Under the pieces are notes generated by a model. It searched no databases and had not been told where the DNA came from. It was given only the letters and a program-made list of their open reading frames with translations. DNA of 39,587 bases from a bacterium (GTDB lineage: Bacteria; UBA10199; 2-02-FULL-44-16; DYJF01), in the NCBI GenBank assembly GCA_041739675.1, contig JBGSNL010000084.1, forward strand, positions 1-39,587. Direction: 5' to 3'. The position numbers and the translations under genes are program-made. This document shows positions 22,702 to 33,397 of this stretch, piece by piece (the stretch's first letter is position 1; the number at the start of each line of letters is the position of its first letter).

Positions 22702-23730
22702 TTACGAGGATTTGAGGAATTGGTCAAGCACCTCGGCTATCTGGACCGCGTTGAGCGCCGCGCCCTTTCTTAGATTGTCCGCAACGATGAAGAGATCGAG
22801 GCCGTGCGGCACCGTTTTGTCCTCACGTATGCGTCCGACCAGCACCTCGTCCTTGCCTGCAGCCGATATCGCCATCGGGTAGACGTTCTTCGACGGATCG
22901 TCGGCAACGACGACGCCCGGCGCGTTTTTCAAAATATCCCTCGCCTCTTTTGCAGTGACGGTAGACTTGAATTCGATATTCACGGCTTCGGAGTGGCTGT
23001 AGAAGACGGGCACGCGCACCGCCGTGGCGGTTACAAGCACGGTTTCGTCTCCCAGAATCTTTTTGGTTTCAAAGACGACCTTCGCCTCTTCCTTTGTGGA
23101 TCCGTCATCCAGGAACGAATCTATGTGGGGGATACAGTTGAAGGCGATCCTGTGCGGGAAAATTTCCGTCTTGATCTCGCCGGCTGAAAAGAGCGCCACG
23201 GTCTGCTTTGAAAGCTCCTCCATCGCCTCGATTCCGGCGCCAGAGGTCGACTGATAAGTGGAAACGACGACCCGTTTGATGCCGAAACGCTTGTGGAGAG
23301 GAGCGAGCACCACGACAAGCTGGATCGTGGAGCAGTTGGGGTTCGCAATGATACCGCGGTTCTTGTAATCGGCTACCCGCTCCGGGTTGACTTCCGGAAC
23401 CACGAGAGGGATATCTTTTTCCATCCTGAAGGCGCTGGAATTATCGATGACGACGGCGCCGGCCTTCGCAGCTATGGGCGCGTATTCCCGGCTCACGGCG
23501 TTGCCGGCCGAAAAAAGCGCGATGTCGACGCCTTTAAAGGATTCCTTTTTGAGGACCTGAATCGGCTCGTCCTTACCGCGAAAATCGACGAATTTTCCTA
23601 TGGAATCTTCGGAAGCCAGAGGCACGAGCCTCGAGACGGGGAAATTCCGCTCGTCTAAAATCTTCACCATCTCGCCGCCCACCGCTCCCGTGGCGCCTAC
23701 GACAGCAACCGTATATTTTTTGGCACTCAT
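22702..23730 (-). CDS. asd: Aspartate-semialdehyde dehydrogenase
   Basis: VVGATGAVG, IDNSSAFRM, ANPNCSTIQ, RVPVFYSHSE, DNLRKGAALNAVQIAE. Confidence 0.97.
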   Translation of the reverse strand: MSAKKYTVAVVGATGAVGGEMVKILDERNFPVSRLVPLASEDSIGKFVDFRGKDEPIQVLKKESFKGVDIALFSAGNAVSREYAPIAAKAGAVVIDNSSAFRMEKDIPLVVPEVNPERVADYKNRGIIANPNCSTIQLVVVLAPLHKRFGIKRVVVSTYQSTSGAGIEAMEELSKQTVALFSAGEIKTEIFPHRIAFNCIPHIDSFLDDGSTKEEAKVVFETKKILGDETVLVTATAVRVPVFYSHSEAVNIEFKSTVTAKEARDILKNAPGVVVADDPSKNVYPMAISAAGKDEVLVGRIREDKTVPHGLDLFIVADNLRKGAALNAVQIAEVLDQFLKSS

Positions 23731-24014
23731 GGCTTCTTTTTGAACAGCGCCTCCAGCCTGGAGCGCGCGTTCTCCTCCTTTTTCACTTTCACCGCATCTT
23801 TTCCGAGTTCAAAATAGTCGCAAAAATTTCCTTTCTCTTTATCAGAGACCCACTCCGCCTGGGGCTCGCGGCACTGGTGATAGGCCTTATCATCATAAAA
23901 TCTGCATTGCAGGCAGCTGTGGAGATCGCGATTGCACTTGGGACAGACGTCGCTCCTGCCCACGGCGTCCGTGAGTTCGAGAATCTGACCGCAGAGAGAG
24001 CACTTTTTTTCCAT
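23727..24014 (-). CDS. Small Cys-rich (8 Cys) putative metal-binding protein
   Basis: CSLC, CPKC, CLQC, CREP, NFCDYF; ATGA overlap with asd. Confidence 0.85.
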   Translation of the reverse strand: MEKKCSLCGQILELTDAVGRSDVCPKCNRDLHSCLQCRFYDDKAYHQCREPQAEWVSDKEKGNFCDYFELGKDAVKVKKEENARSRLEALFKKKP

Positions 24015-24015
24015 T

Positions 24016-24870
24016 TCAGTGGATATTGTGATTCTCGATTTCCATGACCGGCTTTCCTTCGAGCTCCGGCTCGCCGTTTATCCCAAATCTTCCGGCGCGT
24101 TTCTCTTTCCTTCGCTCACGCATCCTGGCGATGAACGAGCCCTTCTTTCGCATTCTGACAATATGTTCGACGATACCGAAGCCGACATAGCCGACGGCCA
24201 GGATGAACATGGTGGCCTCGGGGGAAAGCGCCACGATGAATATGCCGATCACGAGCAACACCAGCGCAAAAAACGAATTGCGGTGCTTGAAATCGAACTC
24301 CTTGAAGCTCAAATAGCCGATATTCGAGACCATGAGCAGGGCCAGAACCACAGTCATGGCGCATACGAGATAGCTTCCCTCCGGAGGGATCGCAAAATAG
24401 TTGTGGTAGAAGATGACGTAGGTGGCAAGAACATAGGCCGCGATGGGAATGGGCAACCCCTGAAACCTTTTTCCTTCAATTGTAGTGTGCTGCAGATTGA
24501 AGCGGGCGAGCCTCATCGCCCCGCAGGCGAAATATAGAAACGCCGCTAGCCAACCGACTTTTTTCAGTGTGAAGAGCGTCCACGTGTAGACCATGATGCC
24601 CGGCGCCAGACCGAACGACGCCAGATCGACGAGAGAGTCGTACTCTATTCCGAACTCGCTCTGCGCGTGAGCGAGCCTGGCAAGGCGCCCGTCCAAAAGA
24701 TCGAAAATTCCCGACAGAAGAATCGCCCATGCGGCCAAAATGTAATCGCCTGACAGCGATTTTACGATGGAGAAGAACCCGCAGAAGAGGCTGGCTGTAG
24801 TGCAGAGATTGGGGAGAAGATAAATACCCTTTCCCAGGCCCATGCGTTTTCTGAAAACTTTCGTCGTCAT
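24016..24870 (-). CDS. pssA: CDP-diacylglycerol--serine O-phosphatidyltransferase
   Basis: LPNLCT, DLLDGRLAR...FGIEYDSLVDLASFGLAP, RLARFN, FQGLPIP; ATGA overlap with psd (alternative start 24876). Confidence 0.95.
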   Translation of the reverse strand: MTTKVFRKRMGLGKGIYLLPNLCTTASLFCGFFSIVKSLSGDYILAAWAILLSGIFDLLDGRLARLAHAQSEFGIEYDSLVDLASFGLAPGIMVYTWTLFTLKKVGWLAAFLYFACGAMRLARFNLQHTTIEGKRFQGLPIPIAAYVLATYVIFYHNYFAIPPEGSYLVCAMTVVLALLMVSNIGYLSFKEFDFKHRNSFFALVLLVIGIFIVALSPEATMFILAVGYVGFGIVEHIVRMRKKGSFIARMRERRKEKRAGRFGINGEPELEGKPVMEIENHNIH

Positions 24871-25520
24871 CGCCATCTCCCTATCACCGAAACGCCGGCC
24901 GTGACACGGTCGCCCCTCTTCACCTTGATATCGGCGGCGCCCGCAGGCAGAAAAAGATCCACGCGCGAACCGAAGCGGATCATACCCAAACGGGAACCCT
25001 TTCCGACTTCACAGCCCTCTTTCATATAACACACGATACGGCGCGCGACCAGCCCCGCTATCTGTACAATCTTCAACTCTCTTCCGGACCCGTCGGTCAT
25101 CATCACGGCATTTTGCTCGTTGTGTTCCGATGCCTTGTCCAAGCTTGCCACGAAGAAACTGCCCGGCCGGTACGCGATCCGCTCCACCTTGCCGCCCACC
25201 GGTACGCGGTTGACGTGGCAATTGAGCACCGACATGAACGTGGATATTTTCGTCTGCCCCCCCACGTCCTCCACGGCCAGAATTCTGCCGTCGGCAGGGG
25301 CAACAATGACATCGGGATCTAAGGGCGATTCGCGTTTCGGATTTCTGAAAAAGTAGCAGACAAAAAGTGTGGCCGCAGCCAGAAGAGAAGCCATCCCGAA
25401 CCATTCGAAGAAGAATGTTATCAGGGTGAGGGCCGCTGCCAGGACGATAAAAGGGTAGCCTTCAGGCGTTATCACCCTCTCCTTTGGCATGGGAGCAAAG
25501 GCTGAATTTTTCTTTTCCAT
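24867..25520 (-). CDS. psd: Phosphatidylserine decarboxylase (short form)
   Basis: FFRNP, APADG, HVNR, QIAGLVARRI, IRFGSRVD autocleavage motif. Confidence 0.95.
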   Translation of the reverse strand: MEKKNSAFAPMPKERVITPEGYPFIVLAAALTLITFFFEWFGMASLLAAATLFVCYFFRNPKRESPLDPDVIVAPADGRILAVEDVGGQTKISTFMSVLNCHVNRVPVGGKVERIAYRPGSFFVASLDKASEHNEQNAVMMTDGSGRELKIVQIAGLVARRIVCYMKEGCEVGKGSRLGMIRFGSRVDLFLPAGAADIKVKRGDRVTAGVSVIGRWR

Positions 25521-25529
25521 GGTTTGAAT

Positions 25530-25766
25530 TTACGAGGCCTTTTCCGGGTCCCGATATTTTCTCAGGATAAATTCTATTTGATCCCGGCCCCTTAGCTTAT
25601 ATTTCTTAAGCTCTTTCTTTTCCATCTCTTCGGCCGGCGACAAGGCGGTCTTGTGATTGAACTCCTCTAACTTGTGCTCGAGGACCAGATGCTCATCGTA
25701 GAGTTTCTTCAGGCTGGCATCGGATGCGATGTGCTTTTGGATTAGCTCCAAATCACGCTGCTCCAT
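25530..25766 (-). CDS. Small coiled-coil protein, DUF465/YdcH-like
   Basis: LYDEHLVLEHKL...LKKYKLRGRDQI pattern; ATG after AGGAGG. Confidence 0.8.
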   Translation of the reverse strand: MEQRDLELIQKHIASDASLKKLYDEHLVLEHKLEEFNHKTALSPAEEMEKKELKKYKLRGRDQIEFILRKYRDPEKAS

Positions 25767-25834
25767 TGCTTTACCCTCCTTTCCCGTTTGGCCAATCTGT
25801 ACCAATAAAAGGGGCTCATTTTCAAGAATAATCG

Positions 25835-27370
25835 CTATTTCAGAGGCCCTGCGGCCTTTTCCGCCGCTTCGACGACCAGCCCCTGCCTTACAAGCTCAAG
25901 ACACCTGTCAAAGTCAGGTTTGACCTCCCTGTCGTGCTCCATGAAGGGAATCTCCCTGCGGACGAGGTTGTAGACCGCCTTTGTGCCTTTTCCCGGCAAG
26001 CAGCTTTTGGGGCGTTTTATGTCGATTGCCTGGCAGGCGGATAAAAGCTCTATTGAAAGGACGGTCTCGACGTTAGCCACGACCGTCGCGGCCTTCCGGA
26101 CGGCGAAAAAGCCCATGCTGACATGATCCTCCTGGCCCGCAAAGGTGGGTATCGTATCGACGCTTGCCGGGTGGGAGAGCGTCTTGTTCTCCGATACGAT
26201 GGAGGCCATCGTCACGTGAAGGGGTGCCAGCCCCGAGTTGAGGCCGGGCCCGAGCACCAGATATTTCACGGGAAGTTCGCCCTCGAGCGGGCTCAAAAGT
26301 ATCGCGACACGCCGCTCGGATATCGATGCCAGCTCCGAAAGCGCGATGGCCAGTACGTCCATCGCGATCGCCAGCGGTTCGCCGTGGAAATTCCCGCCGG
26401 AGATGATCTCGTTGTCCTCGTGAAAAATGAGCGGATTATCGGTGCAGGAGTTAAGCTCCCTCTCCACGACCGCGATTGCGTAAACACAGGCGTCTCTTAC
26501 CGCACCGTGCACCTGCGGGATGCAACGAAACGAATACGGGTCCTGCACGCGTTTGCATTTCGCGTGGCTCTCTATGATCTGGGATCCCTCAATCAACTTT
26601 CTCACGTTTGCCGCGGAGGCGATTTGCCCCGGATGTGGCCTGATCGCGTGAATGCGCGCATCGAACGGACGCTTCGACGCACGGTCCCCTTCCACCGAAA
26701 GAGCTCCCGTTATGTCTGCAAGCTTGACGAGCGACTTTGCCTTGATGGCGCAAAAGGCCGCTATCGCCGCCATAGCCTGCGTGCCGTTGATAAGCGCTAT
26801 CCCCTCTTTGGGCGCCAACCTGACCGGTTTCAAACCCGCGAGTTTAAGCGCGCGCGACGCCTTCATTATCTCGCCTTTGTATCTGGCCATCCCCCTGCCG
26901 ATCATGACGAGAGCGATGTGCGCCAAAGGCGCCAGATCCCCGCTTGCGCCGACAGAGCCCTTTTCAGGGATGAGAGGCGTGACGCCGCGGTTTATCATTT
27001 CGATCAGAAGGTTCAACGTCTCGGGTTTGATGCCGGAATAGCCCGCCGCCAGCACGTTTGCGCGCAACAGCATGACGAGCCGCGAGATATTGTCGGGGAG
27101 ATATTCACCACTGCCCACCGCATGCGAGATTATGAGATTTTCCTGAAGAAGCTCCAGATCCTTGTCGGAGATTCGTTTGTGGGCAAGCATGCCGAATCCG
27201 GTGTTGATTCCGTAAAACGGCTCGTGCAGTTTCAGTTTTTTCTCGACGAAGGTGCGCGCCTGTTTCAACCGCCTTGTGGTTTCAGGAGTGACATGCACCT
27301 TCCCCTGACCGTTCAAGAACTCCTCGACAATGGAAAGCGTTACGGATTTTCCGTCAAGCGTGATGTTCAT
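25835..27370 (-). CDS. hutH: Histidine ammonia-lyase
   Basis: YGINTGFG, LIISHA, GSVGASGDLAPL (MIO motif), VQDPYSFRCIPQVHG, GGNFHG, QEDHVSMG. Confidence 0.93.
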   Translation of the reverse strand: MNITLDGKSVTLSIVEEFLNGQGKVHVTPETTRRLKQARTFVEKKLKLHEPFYGINTGFGMLAHKRISDKDLELLQENLIISHAVGSGEYLPDNISRLVMLLRANVLAAGYSGIKPETLNLLIEMINRGVTPLIPEKGSVGASGDLAPLAHIALVMIGRGMARYKGEIMKASRALKLAGLKPVRLAPKEGIALINGTQAMAAIAAFCAIKAKSLVKLADITGALSVEGDRASKRPFDARIHAIRPHPGQIASAANVRKLIEGSQIIESHAKCKRVQDPYSFRCIPQVHGAVRDACVYAIAVVERELNSCTDNPLIFHEDNEIISGGNFHGEPLAIAMDVLAIALSELASISERRVAILLSPLEGELPVKYLVLGPGLNSGLAPLHVTMASIVSENKTLSHPASVDTIPTFAGQEDHVSMGFFAVRKAATVVANVETVLSIELLSACQAIDIKRPKSCLPGKGTKAVYNLVRREIPFMEHDREVKPDFDRCLELVRQGLVVEAAEKAAGPLK

Positions 27371-28071
27371 ATTTTCTTGCCCTTTCCTTTGAATCCGATC
27401 TCGGCGTCGGAATGGCGCAGGTAATTCGGGACGAGTTTCACTATATCGTCGCCTCCGCGCTTCAAGCGTGATGCAACTATCCGCGCAAGATGGGACGCGT
27501 GCGGAAACTTGAGCTCTTGGGCCATTATCGTCGCTTTCCCCTTCAGCTCTTTTTTGAAGATTTTTTCATAGAGGATGACGCCGTCGCCGGTGAGGAGAAG
27601 ACCGCCCTTCATGGATTTGAGTTTTTTGCAAAGGATCTTAGGATCGAAGGCGCCCTCTTTCACGACGCATTTGGATTTCCCCTTCGAGAAACGGTAGGCG
27701 GCGGCATAGACCTCGCCGCGCCTCGCGTCGATTGTGGGAACGACCGTCAACTCCGAAATGGCTCCGTTATGGGCCAGCGTAAGAAGAGATGACGCGCCGG
27801 CGATCGGCTTTTTTAGGCCCAGAGCAAGGCCCTTTGCCGTGGCAAGCCCTATGCGAAGCCCGGTGAAAGATCCCGGACCCGTCGCAACCGCAATGGCATC
27901 GATTGTCGATTTATCCCACGTGGAAATTTCAAGCAGGTGATCGATCGTTTTGAGGAGCCTCTCCGAATGCGTGACCGCAACGCCCAGCTGCTCTTCGGCG
28001 ACGAGCAAGTCGCCGTCGCAAAGAGCGACGGAGCCGAACATCGTCGAAGTGTCTATCGCGAGAATACGCAT
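27367..28071 (-). CDS. tsaB: tRNA t6A biosynthesis protein TsaB
   Basis: ILAIDTS, HSERL, GPGSFTGLRIG, DARRGEVY, PNYLR. Confidence 0.95.
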   Translation of the reverse strand: MRILAIDTSTMFGSVALCDGDLLVAEEQLGVAVTHSERLLKTIDHLLEISTWDKSTIDAIAVATGPGSFTGLRIGLATAKGLALGLKKPIAGASSLLTLAHNGAISELTVVPTIDARRGEVYAAAYRFSKGKSKCVVKEGAFDPKILCKKLKSMKGGLLLTGDGVILYEKIFKKELKGKATIMAQELKFPHASHLARIVASRLKRGGDDIVKLVPNYLRHSDAEIGFKGKGKKI

Positions 28072-28076
28072 AACGC

Positions 28077-29426
28077 CTAAAATAATTTTTTTATCAAGGA
28101 CTTCAGGCCGAAGACGCTTTCAAGATCGTTCCACGTGACGAGAAGCATAAATCCTATCAGCAGGAAAAATCCCGCTTGAGTTGCGTACTGGCGCACCTTC
28201 ACGCTTAGAGGTTTTCTCCTCACCGCTTCGATCCCGAAAAACAAAAGATGCCCGCCGTCCAGAACAGGAATCGGCAGTATATTGATGATGGAAAGCTGCA
28301 GGCTTAAAAAAGCCAGAAAATAGAGGAAATTTGAAATGCCTGACGCTGCCGCCGCGGCTGAAGCTTTTGCGATGATGACGGGACCTCCCAGAACTTTGTA
28401 GGAGATGCCGCCCGTGAACAACCGCCCGAGAACGGTGAACGTCAGGCCAACGAGTTTGACGTTCTCCTTCGTGCCCTCGACTATAGAATCAAAAAGCCCC
28501 AGACGCACGATTTCCATCGGCAGGCCGCTTTGCCTGTCTTTCACGATGCCGATGAGCCATCGTTTTGCCTCTTCATTATATAGCGGCTTCACGGTGAGGG
28601 AGAGCTTCTCTTCCCCCCGCATCACTTCCAGCCTGGTTTCCTCGCCACCGCTCTTGCTGACCAGTTCAGAAAGACCCAGCCAATCTCCCACTGGCCTGCC
28701 GTTAACTGAGATGACGCGGTCCCCCTTCTTGATGCCGGCGGTTTCGGCGGGCCCGCCCGGGGCCACATTGTCAATCACCGCTTCGTTTCCCAAAAAGAGC
28801 ATCGGTTCGATTCCGACGTAGCCGCCCCTGATTTCGGGCATCTCCGTGACGGCGACGTCCTGATCGAACGTCTTCGAACCGCGCTCGATGGTGAGATTCA
28901 GGTGTCCGTTCGGGGAGAGGATAAATTTATTCAGGACATCTTCCCAATCCTTAACTTGCTTTCCGTCGATAGCCAGGATGAGATCGTTTTTCCTGAGGCC
29001 GGCCATTTCCGCCGGCGATTCGGACCGCACACCTGGAACAACTGGCTTTTCACGGAGAAAGACCGGCTCGGAACGTCCGATGAAAAAAACAAGCGGCATG
29101 ACAGCCAGGCTGAAGACAAGATTCATTAGCGGGCCCGCAGCCACGATCTTGACCCTCTGCCAGACGCTCTTTTTCGCGAACGATCTTTGATCGTCGGCCC
29201 CTTTTTCGTCGTCGGGGTCCTCTCCTAACATCTTCACATAGCCGCCGAGCGGAAGCGCCGAGATGCGGTAGTCGGTCTCCCCTTTTCTCACGCCTATTAT
29301 GCGGGGGCCGAAGCCAAGAGAGAACTCCTCGACTTTGACACCCTGCCTTTTGGCTAGGATGAAGTGACCGAGTTCGTGGACGAAAATCAGAACGCCCAGA
29401 GCGATGAGGAAGTATAGAAATGTCAT
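28077..29426 (-). CDS. rseP: RIP metalloprotease RseP (two PDZ domains)
   Basis: [30 protein letters not shown]. Confidence 0.96.
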   Translation of the reverse strand: MTFLYFLIALGVLIFVHELGHFILAKRQGVKVEEFSLGFGPRIIGVRKGETDYRISALPLGGYVKMLGEDPDDEKGADDQRSFAKKSVWQRVKIVAAGPLMNLVFSLAVMPLVFFIGRSEPVFLREKPVVPGVRSESPAEMAGLRKNDLILAIDGKQVKDWEDVLNKFILSPNGHLNLTIERGSKTFDQDVAVTEMPEIRGGYVGIEPMLFLGNEAVIDNVAPGGPAETAGIKKGDRVISVNGRPVGDWLGLSELVSKSGGEETRLEVMRGEEKLSLTVKPLYNEEAKRWLIGIVKDRQSGLPMEIVRLGLFDSIVEGTKENVKLVGLTFTVLGRLFTGGISYKVLGGPVIIAKASAAAAASGISNFLYFLAFLSLQLSIINILPIPVLDGGHLLFFGIEAVRRKPLSVKVRQYATQAGFFLLIGFMLLVTWNDLESVFGLKSLIKKLF

Positions 29427-30574
29427 TTTTCGATTATTTTGGAGGTGACGCTTCGAGCTTCGCGGTCTATCTCCAGTATCTCTTCAAGTGTGTCGCAACG
29501 TTTCGGTTTGTGAGCCTGCAACGCCTTTTCGACTATTCGTGAAATTGAAATAAACGGAACTTTTCCGCCAAGAAATGCGGCGACCGCGACTTCATTGGCC
29601 GCATTAAGGACCACCGGACTCGAACCACCCGCCTTCAAAGCGTCGTATGCCAGATCGAGGCACGGGAATTTCTCGCGGTCGGGCGCCTCGAAAGTGAGCT
29701 GGCCTATTTTTTTCAGATCGAGTCTTTCGACGTTCGTCTCGACGCGTTCCGGATATGAAATAGCGTATGCGATCGGTGCGCGCATGTCGGGCTGCCCCAG
29801 TTCCGCAACCACGCAGCCGTCTTTGTATTCCACCATCGAATGGACGATGCTCTGCGGATGAATCACGATATCGATTCTCTCAGCAGTCATGTCGAAGAGC
29901 CAGCGCGCTTCGATAACTTCAAGACCCTTGTTCATCATCGTCGCCGAATCGATCGTGATCTTTGCCCCCATCGACCAGCGCGGATGATGAAGCGCATCCT
30001 CAATGGTTACACGCTCCAGCTCTTTCTTCGATAGTTTCAAAAAAGGACCGCCGGACGCGGTGAGGATGATCCGCAAAACGTCTTCAGGCCTGTGCCCGAT
30101 AAGCGACTGATATATGGCGCTGTGTTCGCTGTCGACTGGAAGTATGGCGACACGGTGCTCTTTTGCGAGCCGCGTCACAAGCTCGCCCGCGATCACCATG
30201 GTTTCCTTATTGGCGAGCGCGATCGTCTTTTTCGTCTTTATGGCTTCAATCGTTGGTGAGAGGCCCGCCGCGCCGACTATCGCCGACACAACTGTATCCG
30301 CTTCGGACATCGACGCGACTTTGCACGCGCCGTCTATGCCCCACACTATTTCAGGTGTTTTCTCCTTGAGAAGCGTGCCCAACTTTTTTGCAGATGCTTC
30401 ATCCCTGACAGAGACGAGTTTCGGTAAAAACTTTTCGATCTGGCGGGCAAGGAGCTCCACGTCGTGGCCCTCGGCCAGACCCACAACTTCAAAGCGGTCG
30501 GGATGGAGCGCGATGACGTCAAGCGCGCTCTTCCCTATCGAACCGGTGCTTCCTAATATGCTGATACGTTTCAT
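29423..30574 (-). CDS. dxr: 1-deoxy-D-xylulose 5-phosphate reductoisomerase
   Basis: [48 protein letters not shown]. Confidence 0.97.
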   Translation of the reverse strand: MKRISILGSTGSIGKSALDVIALHPDRFEVVGLAEGHDVELLARQIEKFLPKLVSVRDEASAKKLGTLLKEKTPEIVWGIDGACKVASMSEADTVVSAIVGAAGLSPTIEAIKTKKTIALANKETMVIAGELVTRLAKEHRVAILPVDSEHSAIYQSLIGHRPEDVLRIILTASGGPFLKLSKKELERVTIEDALHHPRWSMGAKITIDSATMMNKGLEVIEARWLFDMTAERIDIVIHPQSIVHSMVEYKDGCVVAELGQPDMRAPIAYAISYPERVETNVERLDLKKIGQLTFEAPDREKFPCLDLAYDALKAGGSSPVVLNAANEVAVAAFLGGKVPFISISRIVEKALQAHKPKRCDTLEEILEIDREARSVTSKIIEK

Positions 30575-30576
30575 CG

Positions 30577-30634
30577 TGTCACCCTGAGCGGAGCGAAGGG
30601 TCCCATGGGATTCTTCGCTTCGCTCAGAATGACA
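30577..30634. repeat. Palindromic dispersed repeat, copy 1
   Basis: TGTCACCCTGAGCGGAGCGAAGGGTCCC-AT-GGGATTCTTCGCTTCGCTCAGAATGACA; 28-nt arms, 23/28 complementary. Confidence 0.9.
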
Positions 30635-31421
30635 ACACGTACTTCACGTAGACATATGCGAACGGGCCGGCAAATGTGAGGGCATCGAGCCTGTCCAGGA
30701 GCCCGCCGTGGCCCGGTATGATCGTGCCCGAATCTTTCACCCCGATGCTTCGTTTGATCATCGATTCGATGAGATCGCCCATCGGAGATATTATCCATAT
30801 AATGAATGCAAGAATAAGCGCGTGGTACCATGGAACGAAATTCATGATGAGCGCGCGGACGAGAAACGTGCCGATGAGACTTCCGACAAGCGCGCCCGCG
30901 AAACCTTCGACCGTCTTGTTGGGGGAGACAAGTGGAGCAAGTTTATGCCTGCCGAATGCCTTGCCAGCGAGAAAAGCGAAGGTATCGCATAAGCATGTGG
31001 GAACAATAACGAGCATCACCCACTGGCGCCCGAATTCCACGTGTCTGAGCCAGCTCCACAAGGAGAGCGCGACCGCAAGATAGACGACGCCCAGAATGGC
31101 AAGCCCAAGGCGCGTCGCCACGCCTTCCATCGCAGGCGCGCGCCACATAAAAAAACAGCAGAGCGCGAAGAGCGCCAAGACAACGACGGGTATCATCAAA
31201 GAACTTTCGGCGGCGAAAAAAACCATGAAAAGACCCACGACTGTTCCCACGCCGATGAGCGCCCATCTTTCGGCGCTATCTGAAAGGAGCATGCGCGAAT
31301 ATTCAAAAAGCGAGCCCGCCACCGCCGCGACGACGATGACATCGAACAAATTCGCGGGCAGCCACCATATCGCCGCCACCGCCGCAAGACCCAAAACAAT
31401 TGCCATGATCACGCGTATCAT
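30624..31421 (-). CDS. cdsA: Phosphatidate cytidylyltransferase
   Basis: [40 protein letters not shown]. Confidence 0.96.
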   Translation of the reverse strand: MIRVIMAIVLGLAAVAAIWWLPANLFDVIVVAAVAGSLFEYSRMLLSDSAERWALIGVGTVVGLFMVFFAAESSLMIPVVVLALFALCCFFMWRAPAMEGVATRLGLAILGVVYLAVALSLWSWLRHVEFGRQWVMLVIVPTCLCDTFAFLAGKAFGRHKLAPLVSPNKTVEGFAGALVGSLIGTFLVRALIMNFVPWYHALILAFIIWIISPMGDLIESMIKRSIGVKDSGTIIPGHGGLLDRLDALTFAGPFAYVYVKYVLSF

Positions 31422-32128
31422 ATCTCTTTTACCTGCTCGCTCGTGAGACCGAAACGCCTCTCGCGCTTCTGGTATTCCTCGATCGCCTTAACAAATTCAT
31501 TGCGAGCGAAATCGGGCCAGAGTTTGTCGGTGAAATAGAGTTCTGTGTATGCAAGCTGCCAGAGAAGAAAGTTGCTGATCCTATATTCGCCGCTCGTGCG
31601 TATCAAAAAATCGGGGTCGGGAATGCCCGCGGTATCCAGCGCTTGCGACAAGAGCTCGGGCGTCACGTTTTCCACTTTGTCCGCTATCATCTTATTCGCG
31701 GCACGGCATATCTCCTGGCGCGAGCCGTAGGAGAGCGCCACAATCAGCGTCATCTTCTTGCCATCTCCGGTGGCCTCTTTTGTCTTTGCGATCTCTCCCT
31801 GCAGCTCGGTGCTAAGAGATTTCACATCACCTATAGTGGTGAAGCGGACCCCCTCGCCTATCATCTTCTCTCTTTTCGAGGCAAGATAGTGCTGAAGAAG
31901 CTGCATGAGCGCCGTGATTTCCTCACTGGGCCTGGACCAGTTTTCGAAAGAGAATGCGTAAAGAGTGAGATATTTTATGCCGATGTCGGTCGCCGCTTCG
32001 ACCAGCATTTCGATCGTCTTCGCCCCCTGTATGTGGCCCTCGGCGCGGGGCAAACCCCGCTCCTTGGCCCAGCGGCCGTTGCCGTCCATAATAATCGCGA
32101 CATGTTCAGGAATACGGTTGGAATCCAT
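31418..32128 (-). CDS. uppS: Undecaprenyl diphosphate synthase
   Basis: HVAIIMDGNGRWA, YAFSFENWSRP, IRTSGEYRISNFLLWQ, RRFG. Confidence 0.97.
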   Translation of the reverse strand: MDSNRIPEHVAIIMDGNGRWAKERGLPRAEGHIQGAKTIEMLVEAATDIGIKYLTLYAFSFENWSRPSEEITALMQLLQHYLASKREKMIGEGVRFTTIGDVKSLSTELQGEIAKTKEATGDGKKMTLIVALSYGSRQEICRAANKMIADKVENVTPELLSQALDTAGIPDPDFLIRTSGEYRISNFLLWQLAYTELYFTDKLWPDFARNEFVKAIEEYQKRERRFGLTSEQVKEI

Positions 32129-32685
32129 TACACTTCCATTATATCCTTTTCTTTGTGCGATGCGGTCTCGTCAATTTGCTTGATGAAATCGTCGGTGAGC
32201 TTCTGGATCTGATCGCTGCCCTTCTTGAGCTCGTCCTCGGTGATCTTGGAATCACCCTTCATCTTCTTTAAGAGTTCCACCGAATCGCGGCGGGTGTTTC
32301 TGATCGATATCTTGCACTCCTCGCCGTGTTTTTTCACGACCTTCACGAGCTCCATCCTGCGCTCTTCGTTGAGCGGCGGGATAGGAAGTCTTATCACTCT
32401 GCCGTCGTTCACCGGGTTCAAGCCCAGATCGGATTTCTGGATCGCCTTCTCGATTGCCTGCAGCGCCGTCTGATCCCACGGCTGTATGACAACCGTTCTT
32501 GCATCGGGCGTTCCGAGATTTGCGATCTGGTTCAGGGGCGTGGGCGTTCCGTAGTATTCGGCCCTGATCCCGTCCAGGATGGAAATTGAAGCGCGGCCCG
32601 TTCTCAACGTTGACAGCTCGTGGCGGAACGCCTCGAGCGTCTTTTGCATCCGAACCTTCGTCTCGTCATACACTTTTGTGTCCAT
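32128..32685 (-). CDS. frr: Ribosome recycling factor
   Basis: LRTGRAS, YYGTPTPL, LGLNP, PPLNEERR, IRNTRRD. Confidence 0.97.
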   Translation of the reverse strand: MDTKVYDETKVRMQKTLEAFRHELSTLRTGRASISILDGIRAEYYGTPTPLNQIANLGTPDARTVVIQPWDQTALQAIEKAIQKSDLGLNPVNDGRVIRLPIPPLNEERRMELVKVVKKHGEECKISIRNTRRDSVELLKKMKGDSKITEDELKKGSDQIQKLTDDFIKQIDETASHKEKDIMEV

Positions 32686-33397
32686 AGACCACCGTCCCTA
32701 TTTCCTCACCCATCGCGGCCTTTTTGAGATTACCCTTCTCAAAAATGTTAAAAACCACGATCGGTATGTTGTTGTCGCGGCACATGGAGATAGAGGTAGA
32801 ATCCATTACCTTGAGCTGGCGATTCAAGACTTCGTCGAATGTGAGCTTGTCGAAACGCTTTGCGCCGGGATTTTTTACCGGATCGCTGTCGTAGACGCCG
32901 TCGACCTTCGTACCCTTGAAGATGACCTCAGCGCCTATCTCAACGGCGCGAAGCGATGCCGCCGTGTCCGTAGAAAAATACGGGTGGCCGGTCCCGCCGG
33001 TCAGTATGAGAACGTTTCCTTCTTTCCAGTAGTTTGCTGCGACCTGCGGCACGAAAAGCTCGGCGACCGTCGCTATCTCGACAGCGGTGAGATGGCGCTG
33101 CGCAATATTTTTCCGCTCGAACGCCTCCTGCAGCGCAAGACCGTTGATCACGGTGGCCAGCATGCCCATCGTGTCGGCGCGGACGCGGTTCATGCCGCCC
33201 GCTTCGGCGGAGGCACCCCTAAAAATATTCCCGCCGCCGATGACGATGGCCACGGAAATTCCCAGATCGCAAATCGTTTTGATCTCCGATGCGATCCATT
33301 CCGCGGCCGTAACGCCGATTCCGTGTCTTGCCCCCTCCGGCAGAAGAGTTTCGCCGGACAACTTGAGTAATACTCTTTTATACTTCGGTTTACTCAT
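32666..33397 (-). CDS. pyrH: UMP kinase
   Basis: RVLLKLSGE, GGGNIFRG, MGMLATVIN, FSTDTAASLRA, KVDGVYDSDP. Confidence 0.97.
   Translation of the reverse strand: MSKPKYKRVLLKLSGETLLPEGARHGIGVTAAEWIASEIKTICDLGISVAIVIGGGNIFRGASAEAGGMNRVRADTMGMLATVINGLALQEAFERKNIAQRHLTAVEIATVAELFVPQVAANYWKEGNVLILTGGTGHPYFSTDTAASLRAVEIGAEVIFKGTKVDGVYDSDPVKNPGAKRFDKLTFDEVLNRQLKVMDSTSISMCRDNNIPIVVFNIFEKGNLKKAAMGEEIGTVVYGHKSV

Noticed and set aside
26123..27424. 433-aa plus-strand ORF
   Set aside because: Antisense shadow of hutH
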